Assembly (NCBI GenBank): GCA_046723845.1
Contig: JBKOVG010000150.1
Coordinates: 5,491 to 69,490, forward strand
Length of the DNA stretch: 64,000 nucleotides
Direction: 5' to 3'
From: Candidatus Methylomirabilota bacterium
Lineage (GTDB): Bacteria; Methylomirabilota; Methylomirabilia; Rokubacteriales; CSP1-6
Part shown: piece after piece, positions 8,919 through 17,684 of the stretch
Numbering within the stretch: position 1 is the first letter of the stretch
Layout of the letters: every line of letters starts with the position of its first letter
Notes under the pieces: generated by a model
Databases searched by the model: none
Seen by the model: only the letters and a program-made list of their open reading frames with translations
What the model was told of the DNA's origin: nothing
Program-made: the position numbers and the translations under genes

Positions 8919-9581
8919 GTGCTGAGGTATTACTGGCGTCTGCTGCGAGCGCTCCCGACGCTCCTCCGCACGTCAACATCTCGCGTCAACGGCACCGTGT
9001 TCCTCGGAGGCGCACTGCTGACCGCTGTTCTGCCCACGCTGACGGCGAGATGGTCGATCACGCAGGGGCCGACTGCCGACCGGGTGAAGGCGTTCGCCGC
9101 GAGCTTCCCGCTGTGGTGGCCGCTCGTACCGATCAGCCTGCTGGTCCTGCTAGGTCTCCTCAAGGCGAACTACGAGCTTCACGCGAAGGTCGAGCGCCAG
9201 CGTAACCGACTGCGGGCGAAGCTGGATGATCGCGTGAAGCGGCATCGGGATGCGGAGGAGCTTGGTCGCCTTCGCAAGACCATGAGGAAGCGGTACTACG
9301 AGTGGCTTGAGGAACAGAAGTCGCACATCCCCGGACCGGACCCAGCGAAAGACCGGGCGCTCGACTTGCAGAACCAGATCGCGGACCTGCTGGAGAGGCG
9401 GTACGGGTTCGACATCAGAGATCGGTTCCTCACTGCTGACGATGCCGACTCTCAGCATCCCTCTGCTTTGGTCACTGTTTTGGTCTTGACCCGTGAGTAC
9501 GCGGGTCGCACCAAGCGTCTGAGGGGGATCATCCGCGACATCCGATCCGGCAAGATCAGGCGCACGGTAGAGTGGGGATGA
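8919..9581 (+). CDS. Hypothetical membrane protein with two TM segments and a charged coiled-coil C-terminal domain (island cargo)
   Basis: GTG start. TM helices VFLGGALLTAVLPTL and LWWPLVPISLLVLLGLL, followed by an Arg/Lys/Glu-rich helical region. No recognisable family. Confidence 0.45.
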   Translation: MLRYYWRLLRALPTLLRTSTSRVNGTVFLGGALLTAVLPTLTARWSITQGPTADRVKAFAASFPLWWPLVPISLLVLLGLLKANYELHAKVERQRNRLRAKLDDRVKRHRDAEELGRLRKTMRKRYYEWLEEQKSHIPGPDPAKDRALDLQNQIADLLERRYGFDIRDRFLTADDADSQHPSALVTVLVLTREYAGRTKRLRGIIRDIRSGKIRRTVEWG

Positions 9582-10228
9582 AGAGAAGTGTCTTGCCCGC
9601 GCTACGAACAGGAGCGGATCGGTGAGGACTTCGAGGGGAGATGGTTCCGCTATCGCGAGGAAGAATCAGGTTGACGTGTTCTGCTGCGTCGGCCCTGTCT
9701 TGGACTCGCATTCCTTCTCCTAGATCTTCCGGTCGAGGGTCGCGCGCACTGCACCGATCTGTTCCTCAATGGCGCGACGCCCGCCTTCAAGATGGAGAAG
9801 GTCCGGTGGGCGAGGAGATGACGGGCATGGCTGAGTTGAGCATCGAGGCGCCCGCGCTCAGCTTCAAGCTCAACGATGATGTGGCGGATGTCGGAGATGG
9901 TGAGCGTGGAGAAGCTGGGGCGGTGGTCCGGGTGATGTGCTGGCGTGGTGCGCTCCTCTCAGGTTGACTGCAGTGGACGGCCAGCGTAGCAGGGAGCGCA
10001 CGGCTGAGACCATCGGGAGAATCGCTCACGTAGTTCTACGCTCGCGGAGGAGGCCGATGGCTCCTAGCGACAGGGACGATCACGCAGGTGAGAAGGCGAT
10101 GGAGGCCCTCATGTCGTATCCCCTTGTGGACTGCTCGGGTCTTCTGCTACCGTCGAGATGCCAGTCGGAGATGAAGCGCAGTCAGATCGGGACGTTGCCA
10201 CACGCGACTCTACTCGCCGTCATGTTGT

Positions 10229-10855
10229 ATGATCGCCGCCATGACCACAACGAGCCTCGTGCATCCAGGTGAAGTCGACTGGTCCGGGGAGAACCCCGGC
10301 ATGTACCTGAAAGAGAAGGCGGACGGCCCCTTCGTCACCCTCGTGTCCTTCTTCCGCGTGGTCGCCTCGCCCTACGGACGCGGTCATGCCCTCGTCCTCC
10401 TCGAAGCGCCCCTCCTCCATCGCAGTCTGCCCGAGGCGCTGAACGTCTGCGTCACCGACAACGACCCCCTCGCCCGCTATCTGGTGAGCAACTTCGTCAC
10501 CTATTTCGGCGCCTTCAAGGGCACCGAGGCCCTGCCGTACATGGACTACATCCCGCTCGAAGGCGTGGCCGCCTCCGGCGACACGCGCGCCAGCTACATG
10601 GAGTGGGTCAAGGGGCCCGCGGTGGAGGTGACGCTGTCCTGGGAGGATCTCGGCGAGCCGTTCATGGTGAACATTCCCAAGGAGCAGTCCGCCACGGGCA
10701 AGCACGCGCTTCACAGCCTTTTCGTCGATGCCCGCCGCGTCATCGCCACCGTGAACGACCGCCCCCTCAAGGGCCAGCCGGTGCCTCGCGAGTTCGCGGG
10801 ACGGCAGAGCAGCACCGCCTTCCTCGCCTACTCGGAGACGTGGATCAAGATGTAG
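10229..10855 (+). CDS. Hypothetical protein (alternative start ATG 10241). GC returns to ~70% at this gene.
   Basis: High-GC3 coding pattern throughout. A TATGAT -10-like hexamer (10228-10233) overlaps the first ATG. Confidence 0.5.
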   Translation: MIAAMTTTSLVHPGEVDWSGENPGMYLKEKADGPFVTLVSFFRVVASPYGRGHALVLLEAPLLHRSLPEALNVCVTDNDPLARYLVSNFVTYFGAFKGTEALPYMDYIPLEGVAASGDTRASYMEWVKGPAVEVTLSWEDLGEPFMVNIPKEQSATGKHALHSLFVDARRVIATVNDRPLKGQPVPREFAGRQSSTAFLAYSETWIKM

Positions 10856-11699
10856 CTGCGGGTTCCTTGATGGACACCCGCCAGTGGATGCGGTCTTCCT
10901 CGGGCGGGTAGTCCCCCGCCGCCTTGTGGTAGGAGCAGCGGTTGTCCCAGATCACGATGTCGCCGCGGCGCCAGCGGTGGCGGTACTCGCCCTCGGGCTG
11001 GATCATCCACTCCGTCAGCTCCTCGATGAGCTCGTCGCTCTCTCGCGCCTCTAGTCCCTCGATGCGGAGGATCTTGCCTGGATCGAAGTAGAGGCCCTTG
11101 CGTCCCGTCTCGGGATGCACGCGGATGATGGGATGGAAGACAGGCGTCCAGTCGCGGTCGGCCTCGTCGAGGAGCGCGGTGGCCTTGCGGCGGCCGCCGT
11201 AGGTGAAGGCGCCCAACCGCCCCTCGAGCCGCGCGCGCAGCGGCGCGGGGAGCGCGTCGTACGCCGCGTACATGCTCGCGAAGAAGGTGTCCCCGCCCCG
11301 GCTCGGCACGGCGAGGGCATAGAGCTGGGTCGCCTTGAAAGGCTCGGCATCGTAGGCGCCGTCGGTGTGCCAGCCCTCCGCGCCGCGCCGGTAGATCGCC
11401 ATGTCGAGCTGGCCGTCCGGCCCGAACTTGTTCACGCCGAGCAGGGTGATCTCGGGATATTCCGGATGCCGCGTGGACTTGGAGGGATGGGGGACGACCA
11501 CGCCGAAGCGGCGGCTGTAGACGAGGAAGTCCTCGATCTCAAGCTGCTGCTCGGGCACCACCAGCACGTTGTGGGCGAGCCACGCGCGGTAGATCTCCGC
11601 GAAGCCCGCGTCGTCGAGGGTTTTCACGTCGACCCCGCGGATCTCCGCGCCGATCTGCGGCCCGAGCTGTCGCACCTCGATCGTGGTTGGCACGGGCAC
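10845..11699 (-). CDS. TauD/TfdA family Fe(II)/2-oxoglutarate-dependent dioxygenase
   Basis: HTDGAYDAEP...WDNRCSYHKA, the His-x-Asp...His facial triad pattern of taurine-dioxygenase-like enzymes. Confidence 0.8.
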   Translation of the reverse strand: MPVPTTIEVRQLGPQIGAEIRGVDVKTLDDAGFAEIYRAWLAHNVLVVPEQQLEIEDFLVYSRRFGVVVPHPSKSTRHPEYPEITLLGVNKFGPDGQLDMAIYRRGAEGWHTDGAYDAEPFKATQLYALAVPSRGGDTFFASMYAAYDALPAPLRARLEGRLGAFTYGGRRKATALLDEADRDWTPVFHPIIRVHPETGRKGLYFDPGKILRIEGLEARESDELIEELTEWMIQPEGEYRHRWRRGDIVIWDNRCSYHKAAGDYPPEEDRIHWRVSIKEPAATS

Positions 11700-11734
11700 A
11701 TCCTAGCCCCGGCTCCCCGCGAGGTAAAGGACCG

Positions 11735-12067
11735 TCAGCGCGGGGCGCGGAAGGGGTCGATCACATTGCGGGGGATGCGGGAGGCGCTGTTGTCGTAGCG
11801 GTTGTGGGAAAGACTGCCGCAGAAGGTGATGGACCCGACCGCGAAGACCGCCCCGCCGCCCGGCAGCTCCGCGTAGGTCATGTCCGCGCGTATCATGCGC
11901 GACGGCCGCTCGCCGGTGGCGGAGGTGAGGTGGCTCAAGAGCTCCTCGAAGACCACCACGAAGCTCGGGCCGTGCCCTTCCGAGCGGGCGATCACGATGG
12001 CGCCGGACGGCGTTTCCAGCGCGGCGTCCGCGCGGTCGAGCGCCGTGTACCCGGTGAGCGGGATCAC
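11735..12067 (-). CDS. Hypothetical protein (110 aa)
   Basis: Co-directional and downstream of the TPM genes. Non-repetitive sequence (…GGGAVFAVGSITFCGSLSHNRYDN…). No family assignment. Confidence 0.35.
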   Translation of the reverse strand: MIPLTGYTALDRADAALETPSGAIVIARSEGHGPSFVVVFEELLSHLTSATGERPSRMIRADMTYAELPGGGAVFAVGSITFCGSLSHNRYDNSASRIPRNVIDPFRAPR

Positions 12068-12113
12068 GCGAGCGCGAGGCCGCCACCTCGTCGCGTGTCG
12101 TCGAGGCAGCCGC

Positions 12114-12569
12114 TCACCGGCCGAGACTCACGTCGTCGGGCAGCTCGTTCACGTCGTCGGGCCGCCGGGGAAAGTGCTGGCCGAGGGCTTCGCCCACCTC
12201 GGCGATGGCGTGCAGCAGGCCCTCCCGCGAGCGCTGCTGACGCAGGTGATCGCCGACGGCGTCAACCAGCCCCCGCCAGTAGGCTTCGCCCACGCGCTCG
12301 TGGATGCCCGCGTCACCGATCACGGCCAGCTTGCGATCCGTGACGGAGATGTAGATGAGCACGCCGTGGCGCTCCACCGTGCGATGCATCCCGAGCCGCT
12401 CGAAGACCTTGATGGCCCGCCGGAGCGCGTCGCCCTCGCAGGCGTGGTCGAGATGCACGCGCACCTCCGCGGAGGTGCGGGTCTCTGCCTGCCTCACCGC
12501 GCGCGCGATGGACGCGAGATCGTCCTCGGAGAGAAAGGCCGTGACCCACCCGGGATGCCGCCCCATCAC
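12114..12569 (-). CDS. TPM-domain protein (cytoplasmic; TLP18.3/Psb32/MOLO-1 phosphatase-like fold)
   Basis: …ETRTSAEVRVHLD…HGVLIYISVTDRKLAVIGDAGIHERVGEAYW… This is the usual third gene of lemA-TPM-TPM triads. ATGA overlap with the upstream TPM gene. Confidence 0.65.
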   Translation of the reverse strand: MMGRHPGWVTAFLSEDDLASIARAVRQAETRTSAEVRVHLDHACEGDALRRAIKVFERLGMHRTVERHGVLIYISVTDRKLAVIGDAGIHERVGEAYWRGLVDAVGDHLRQQRSREGLLHAIAEVGEALGQHFPRRPDDVNELPDDVSLGR

Positions 12570-13351
12570 CAGTCCCCGCTCGCGCCGCCGCCGCCGAAGC
12601 TGCCCCCGCCCCCGCTGAAGTCACCGCCGCCCCCGCCGCCTCCACCGCCGCCGAAGTCTCCGCCCCCAAAGCCGCCCGGGAAGATGATAGGCCCGCCCCA
12701 ACCGCGCGAGCCACCCGTCCAGCCCTGCCGCCGCACGTGTGACTGCCGGAGCGCGGGAATGATGATGGAGAAGAGACCGGCGACGACGATGAGGAGGAGG
12801 ACGCCGGCCATGACGCCGCGGCCGGCGGAACCGCGAGGGGGTGGCGCGGCTTGGGCGTGATAGGTGCCCGCGATCACCTGCTCGATGGCGTCGAGGCCGG
12901 CGGCGATCCCGTCGGCGATCTTGCCCTCGCGGAAGCGCGGGCCGACCACCTGCCGCAGGATCTGGCTGGACAGCGCGTCGGTGAGCTTGGGCTCGAGGCC
13001 GTAGCCGACCTCGAGACGCATCTTCCGGTCGTCCACGAAGACGAGAAAGATGACGCCGTTGTCGAGCCCCTTCTGCCCGATGCGCCAGGCCTGGGCGAGA
13101 CGGATGGAATAGTCCTCGAGATTTTCCCCCTGGAGCGATCGGAAGATGGCGACCACGATCTGGTTGCTGCTCTCCCGCTCCCGCGACCGGAGCTTGTCCT
13201 CCAGCCGCTCGCGCTCGGCGGCCGAGAGCACCCCCGCGTAGTCGTTGATCCGGTGATCGGGAGCGGGGGGAATGGGCAGGGCGGCTGCGGCGGGCGCCCC
13301 GAGGGCGGCGAGGACGAGCAGCGCCGCGAGCCAGTGGTGACGCGGGCGCAC
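12566..13351 (-). CDS. TPM-domain membrane protein (YgcG-like) with a Gly-rich C-terminal tail
   Basis: Signal peptide, TPM domain (…NQIVVAIFRSLQGENLEDYS…GVIFLVFVDDRKMRLEVGYGLE…), a TM helix, then a GGFGGGDFGGGGGGGGGGDFSGGGG tail. Confidence 0.7.
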   Translation of the reverse strand: MRPRHHWLAALLVLAALGAPAAAALPIPPAPDHRINDYAGVLSAAERERLEDKLRSRERESSNQIVVAIFRSLQGENLEDYSIRLAQAWRIGQKGLDNGVIFLVFVDDRKMRLEVGYGLEPKLTDALSSQILRQVVGPRFREGKIADGIAAGLDAIEQVIAGTYHAQAAPPPRGSAGRGVMAGVLLLIVVAGLFSIIIPALRQSHVRRQGWTGGSRGWGGPIIFPGGFGGGDFGGGGGGGGGGDFSGGGGSFGGGGASGDW

Positions 13352-13382
13352 GATGCCGGGCCTCGCCCCCTCGCTGAGCCTC

Positions 13383-13976
13383 CTAGAACTTCACCTTCGG
13401 CGCCGTCTCGGCACCGGGGGTCGACTCGAAGAAGGGCTTCTCCTTGAAGCCGCGCAGGGAGGCGATGAAGCTCGCGGGGAAGACGCGCACGCGGAGGTTA
13501 TAGTCGCGCACCGCCTCGTTGAAGCGCTGGCGCTCCACCGTGATGCGGTTCTCCGTGCCCTCGAGCTGGCTCTGCAGGGCGAGGAAGTTCTGATTGCTCT
13601 TGAGCTCGGGATAGCGCTCCACGGTAACGAGGAGGCGCGAGAGGGCGCCCCCCAGCTGGTTCTGCGCGTCCTGGAACTTCTTGAAGGCGGCGGGATCGTT
13701 GAGGAGCTCGGGGGTGGCTTTGATGCTGCCCGCGCTCGCCCGCGCCTGCGTCACCTCCTCGAGGACGGTGCGCTCCTGGGTCGCGAAGCCCTTGACCGTC
13801 TCCACGAGATTGGGAATGAGGTCGGCGCGGCGCTGATACACGTTCTGCACCTGGGCCCACTTCTCGTTGACGGCCACGTCGGCACCGACGATCTGGTTGT
13901 TGACCCCGATGCCCCATATGAAGGCGATCACCACGATGACAACGAGCACGCCCACCACGATCAGCCCAGTTTTCAT
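13383..13976 (-). CDS. lemA: LemA family protein
   Basis: N-terminal TM helix followed by NEKWAQVQNVYQRRADLIPNLVETVKG…ERYPELKSNQNFLALQSQLEGTENRI…, typical of LemA. It starts 21 bp after the stop of the Ehr large-subunit gene. Confidence 0.8.
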   Translation of the reverse strand: MKTGLIVVGVLVVIVVIAFIWGIGVNNQIVGADVAVNEKWAQVQNVYQRRADLIPNLVETVKGFATQERTVLEEVTQARASAGSIKATPELLNDPAAFKKFQDAQNQLGGALSRLLVTVERYPELKSNQNFLALQSQLEGTENRITVERQRFNEAVRDYNLRVRVFPASFIASLRGFKEKPFFESTPGAETAPKVKF

Positions 13977-13997
13977 GAATGCACCGTGCCTCCCACG

Positions 13998-15563
13998 TTA
14001 GAGGTCGTTGCCGGAATAGGACTGGTTGAAGGACTTGTTGCAGAGCGGAAAGTCCGGAACGATGTTCTTGAGCAGCGCGTAGGAGAGGGGCCGCCAGTTG
14101 AGAAAGGACGGATCCATCACCTTGACCCGGTAGAGGGCTCCCGCCGCGTCGGCCATGAGCCAGTGGATGATGGCCCCACGCCATCCCTCGACCATGCCCC
14201 ACGCAGGCTCGAAGGCTGGCACCGCTCCCAGCCCGGTCTTCACCGGGCCCGCGGGCAAGTTCTCCACGGCCTGACGGATCAGGCGGGCGGACTCTCTCGC
14301 CTCCTCCACGCGCACGAGGGTCCGGGCCTTGACGTCGCCCGAGGTGAAGACGGGAACGCGGAAGGCGAGGTCGCCGTAGGCCGCGAAGGGATGGTCGCGC
14401 CTCACGTCGGCGTCGATCCCCGAGGCGCGCGCCACGTAGCCCGACACTCCGTGATCGCGGGCGATGCGGGTGGCGAGCGTCCCGGTGCCCTCGAGGCGAT
14501 CCAGGACCAGGCTCGTGCCGAGGGCCAGGGCCACGATCTCCTCGAAGTCCGCCAGGGCCTCCTCCACCAGGACGGGCAGGTCCAGATCCGGGGGCAGATC
14601 GTGGCCGACTCCGCCCGGGACGATGCCCCCCCGGAGCAGCCGGCTCCCCGTGAGGCGCTTGTTAAGGCGCAGGAGGCGCTCGCGGATCCGGAAACAATGG
14701 GCGTGGGCCACGGCGAAGCCGGTGTCGTTGGCGATCATGCCGAAGTCCGCCACGTGATTGTAGAGCCGCTCCATCTCGAGCAACACCACGCGCAGGTAGC
14801 GGGCGCGATCCGGCACGACGGCGCCGGTGGCCGCCTCGAGCGCCTGACAGTACGCGAGGGCGTGTCCCACCGTCGTGTCGCCCGACACGCGCTCGGCCAA
14901 CTCGACGCCCGCAGCGGGGGCGCGTCCTTCGAAGAGCTTCTCCGTGCCCTTGTGCGTGTAATAGAGACGCGCCCGCATGTTGATGATCGTCTCGCCCACC
15001 ACCGAGAAGCGGAAATGCCCGGGCTCGATGACACCCGCGTGCACGGGACCGACGGGAATCTCGTAGACCCCCTCTCCGCCCACCTCCACGAACGGAAACG
15101 GCCGCCCGTCGTCGACGAAATCACCCGGCTGCGCGTCTTTCCGGAGGGGAAAGTAGTCGGCGGGCCAGAAGCCGTGGCGCACGAGCGGCCGCGGATCAGG
15201 ATGGCCGGTGGCCGCGATGCCGAGCAGGTCATAGATCTCCTGCTCGAAGAGCGAGGCGGGATGGTGGAAGGTCCCGAGCGAGGTCAGCGAGGGGTCTCCG
15301 GCGGGCAGGACCTTCCACGCGTGGAGGAACCAGTCCTCGCGCGGATGGGCGAAGAGATAGTACACCTCGAAGGCCCCGAGGTCCGCCCGGCGGTCGACAC
15401 CGACCATCAACCGGAGCTCGACGCCGTGCTCGGTCCGGAGGATCTGCGCCAGCTCCTGCATCTCGCCCCGTCCGACCGCGCCATGGATCTCGCGCCCGCG
15501 TACGAGGCGCGCCTCCGCCAGGCGCGGAGCGAGGGCGGCCATGACGGCCTGCAGGTCCCTCAT
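13998..15563 (-). CDS. Fused NuoC-NuoD / HycE-like large subunit of a group-4-hydrogenase-related complex that has lost all NiFe-ligating cysteines (Ehr-type large subunit)
   Basis: ATG at 15561-15563 (MRDLQAVMAAL…). The NuoC-like N-domain is followed by the EPGHFRF…YTHKGTEKL core. Where hydrogenases have ER[IV]CG[IV]C this protein has ERVSGDTTVGH. Where they have DPCxxC it has DPSFLNW. ATGA overlap with the next gene. Confidence 0.8.
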   Translation of the reverse strand: MRDLQAVMAALAPRLAEARLVRGREIHGAVGRGEMQELAQILRTEHGVELRLMVGVDRRADLGAFEVYYLFAHPREDWFLHAWKVLPAGDPSLTSLGTFHHPASLFEQEIYDLLGIAATGHPDPRPLVRHGFWPADYFPLRKDAQPGDFVDDGRPFPFVEVGGEGVYEIPVGPVHAGVIEPGHFRFSVVGETIINMRARLYYTHKGTEKLFEGRAPAAGVELAERVSGDTTVGHALAYCQALEAATGAVVPDRARYLRVVLLEMERLYNHVADFGMIANDTGFAVAHAHCFRIRERLLRLNKRLTGSRLLRGGIVPGGVGHDLPPDLDLPVLVEEALADFEEIVALALGTSLVLDRLEGTGTLATRIARDHGVSGYVARASGIDADVRRDHPFAAYGDLAFRVPVFTSGDVKARTLVRVEEARESARLIRQAVENLPAGPVKTGLGAVPAFEPAWGMVEGWRGAIIHWLMADAAGALYRVKVMDPSFLNWRPLSYALLKNIVPDFPLCNKSFNQSYSGNDL

Positions 15564-17020
15564 CGTCCCGCGATCTCCACGATCCGGTCCAGGAGCGCCG
15601 TCACCGGCGCGGGCACGCTCAGCCCGAGCAGGACGAGGGCGGCCGCGCAGACGCCGAGCGGCACGACGCCCCAGCCGCCGTCCCCGCCCGAGCGCACTCC
15701 GGCCGGGGGGGCGCCATAGAGCATGTGGTTGAGATGGACGAGCAGGGAGACGAAGGCGACCACGAGCAGGGCCAGCACGACCGCCATCAGCCATCCCTGC
15801 TCCGCCACGAAGCCCGCCCGTACCAGCGTGAACTTGGAGAGGAACATGCCGAAGGGCGGCAAGCCGACCAGGGCGATCATGCCGGCGGCGAACAGCCCGC
15901 CCGTCCACGGCATCGCCCGCAGGAGCCCGGATACGCGCGAGATCTCGGGCGTGCCGTAGCGGTCGAGGATGCGTCCCGAGAGGAAGAACATCATGGACTT
16001 CGACAGGGTGTGGTTCACGAGGTGGAGCATGGAGGCGAACACGCCGAGGGGGCCCAGAGCCAGCCCGAGGCAGATGAGGCCGGTGTGCTCGATGCTGGAA
16101 TAGGCGAGGAGGCGCTTGTACTGCCGCTGGCCGAGAAGCGACAAGGCGGCGATGGCGAGTGAGAGGAGGCCGAGGCCGATCAGGAGCCGGTCGGAGAACC
16201 CGTGCCCCACCGAGGCGTCCGCCACGGCCTTCCAGCGGACGATGGCGTACAGCGCGACGGCCAGCAGCACCCCCGACATCATGGCGGACAGTGCCGACGG
16301 CGCCTCCGAATGCGCGTCTGGCAGCCACGTGTGCATGGGCGCGAGACCCGCCTTCGTGCCATAGCCGATCAGGACGAAGACGAAGGCGAGCTCGACCACC
16401 TCGGGGTGCAGCAGCGGCGCGCTCGCCAGGAGCACCGTCCAGTTCAGCGCGTAGTCCCGGCGGCCCGCGAGCGTCACGAAATCGAAGTAGCCGAGGACGG
16501 TGCCCACGAAGGCCAGCGCGATGCCCACCGATCCGATCAGGACGTACTTCCAGGAGGCCTCGACCGAGGCCTTGCTGACGGACAGCGGAATGATGACGGC
16601 CGAGGTGATGGTGGTCGCCTCGATGGCGATCCACATCACGCCCACGTTGTTGGCGGTCACGGCCACCAGCATGGTGAACGCGAAGAGCGGCGCGAAGACG
16701 CGGAAACGCCGGACCTGTTCCGGCGAGTAGTGCTCACGCCCGGCGAGCCCCGGCCCGAGGAGCGCCGCCAGCGCCGCCACGAACGCGACGCAGACGGCGA
16801 GGAGCGCCGAGAGCGCGTCCACGCGGAAGAGCGTGGTGGGACCCCAGGTCGGAGTCCAGCCGCCCAGCACGAGCGCGGCCAGCCGCAGCGCGGCCAGGAG
16901 CGGCACGATCCCCAGCACGCTCCAGAGCGTCCGGGCCGCTCGCCCGCGGGGCGGCAGCACCAGTGCGGCGAGGGCGGCCAGGAGCGGAGGCAGGAAGAGG
17001 GAGAGGAAGGACTCGCTCAC
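15560..17020 (-). CDS. NuoM/NuoN (HyfF/Mrp-antiporter-like) proton-translocating membrane subunit
   Basis: About 14 TM segments and the conserved …GYGTKAGLAPMHTWLPDAHSEAPSALSAMMSG… antiporter motif. Confidence 0.8.
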   Translation of the reverse strand: MSESFLSLFLPPLLAALAALVLPPRGRAARTLWSVLGIVPLLAALRLAALVLGGWTPTWGPTTLFRVDALSALLAVCVAFVAALAALLGPGLAGREHYSPEQVRRFRVFAPLFAFTMLVAVTANNVGVMWIAIEATTITSAVIIPLSVSKASVEASWKYVLIGSVGIALAFVGTVLGYFDFVTLAGRRDYALNWTVLLASAPLLHPEVVELAFVFVLIGYGTKAGLAPMHTWLPDAHSEAPSALSAMMSGVLLAVALYAIVRWKAVADASVGHGFSDRLLIGLGLLSLAIAALSLLGQRQYKRLLAYSSIEHTGLICLGLALGPLGVFASMLHLVNHTLSKSMMFFLSGRILDRYGTPEISRVSGLLRAMPWTGGLFAAGMIALVGLPPFGMFLSKFTLVRAGFVAEQGWLMAVVLALLVVAFVSLLVHLNHMLYGAPPAGVRSGGDGGWGVVPLGVCAAALVLLGLSVPAPVTALLDRIVEIAGR

Positions 17021-17024
17021 GTCG

Positions 17025-17684
17025 TCACCTCCTCAGCCGGTTGAGCTGCTCGACGTCGATGCTCTCGAACGTCTCGTGGATCTGGTACACGAACACCTGC
17101 ATGACGATGAATCCTAGGAGGACGTCGAGGAAGACGCCGATTTCCACGATGAGCGGGATGCCGTGGGCGCCCAGCACGGCCAGGAGGGCGATGCCGTTCT
17201 CGAGCATGAGGAAGCCCACTACCTGCGTCAGGGCCTTCTTCCGGCTCACGATGACGAAGAGGCTGACGAAGACGAGTCCCATGGCCAGCGGCATGCCCGT
17301 GCGTGTCGGCAACTGGCTGACGGAGACGAGCGGCCGCGTGACCACATAGGCCAGGAGCACCAGGAGTCCCCCGATCAGGAGCGAGGTGGCGGTGTTGACG
17401 TAGGGCTCGAGCTCTCGTTCGGTGCCGAACTGCACCGTCATGCGCCGGAGGAGGACGGGGATCCCCACGCCCTTGATCAGGAGCAGCAGGGCGGCCACCG
17501 CCCAGAGCTGCCAGTCGCCCGAGAACCAGCCGACCGTGGCCGTGGTGGCGGCCAGCGTCACGGACTGCATCGTGAATGCTCCGACGTGGGCCGTCACCCC
17601 GCGCCGCCAGAGCATCCCGAACCCACCGAGCAGCACGAGGGCCGAGCCGCCCACCGAGAGATGGGAGACGAGCTGAGGGCTCAT
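17025..17684 (-). CDS. HyfE-like (extended NuoK-like) membrane subunit
   Basis: ATG at 17682-17684 (MSPQLVSHL…). 219 aa, about six TM segments, …FLMLENGIALLAVLG… The longer ORF to 18650 is a spurious extension. Confidence 0.7.
   Translation of the reverse strand: MSPQLVSHLSVGGSALVLLGGFGMLWRRGVTAHVGAFTMQSVTLAATTATVGWFSGDWQLWAVAALLLLIKGVGIPVLLRRMTVQFGTERELEPYVNTATSLLIGGLLVLLAYVVTRPLVSVSQLPTRTGMPLAMGLVFVSLFVIVSRKKALTQVVGFLMLENGIALLAVLGAHGIPLIVEIGVFLDVLLGFIVMQVFVYQIHETFESIDVEQLNRLRR

Noticed and set aside
9641-10029. Short ORFs on both strands in the 9.6-10.2 kb part of the island
   Set aside because: None has a start codon with a Shine-Dalgarno, consistent codon bias or recognisable motifs. 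The region probably contains degraded gene fragments, including a third-frame stretch …ISDIRHIIVELEAERGRLDAQL… with no start codon.
13353-15719. 788-aa ORF on the plus strand
   Set aside because: It is antisense to the Ehr large-subunit and NuoM/N-like genes, whose products have clear family matches. Its own translation is low-complexity, Arg/Gly/Ala-rich high-GC noise.
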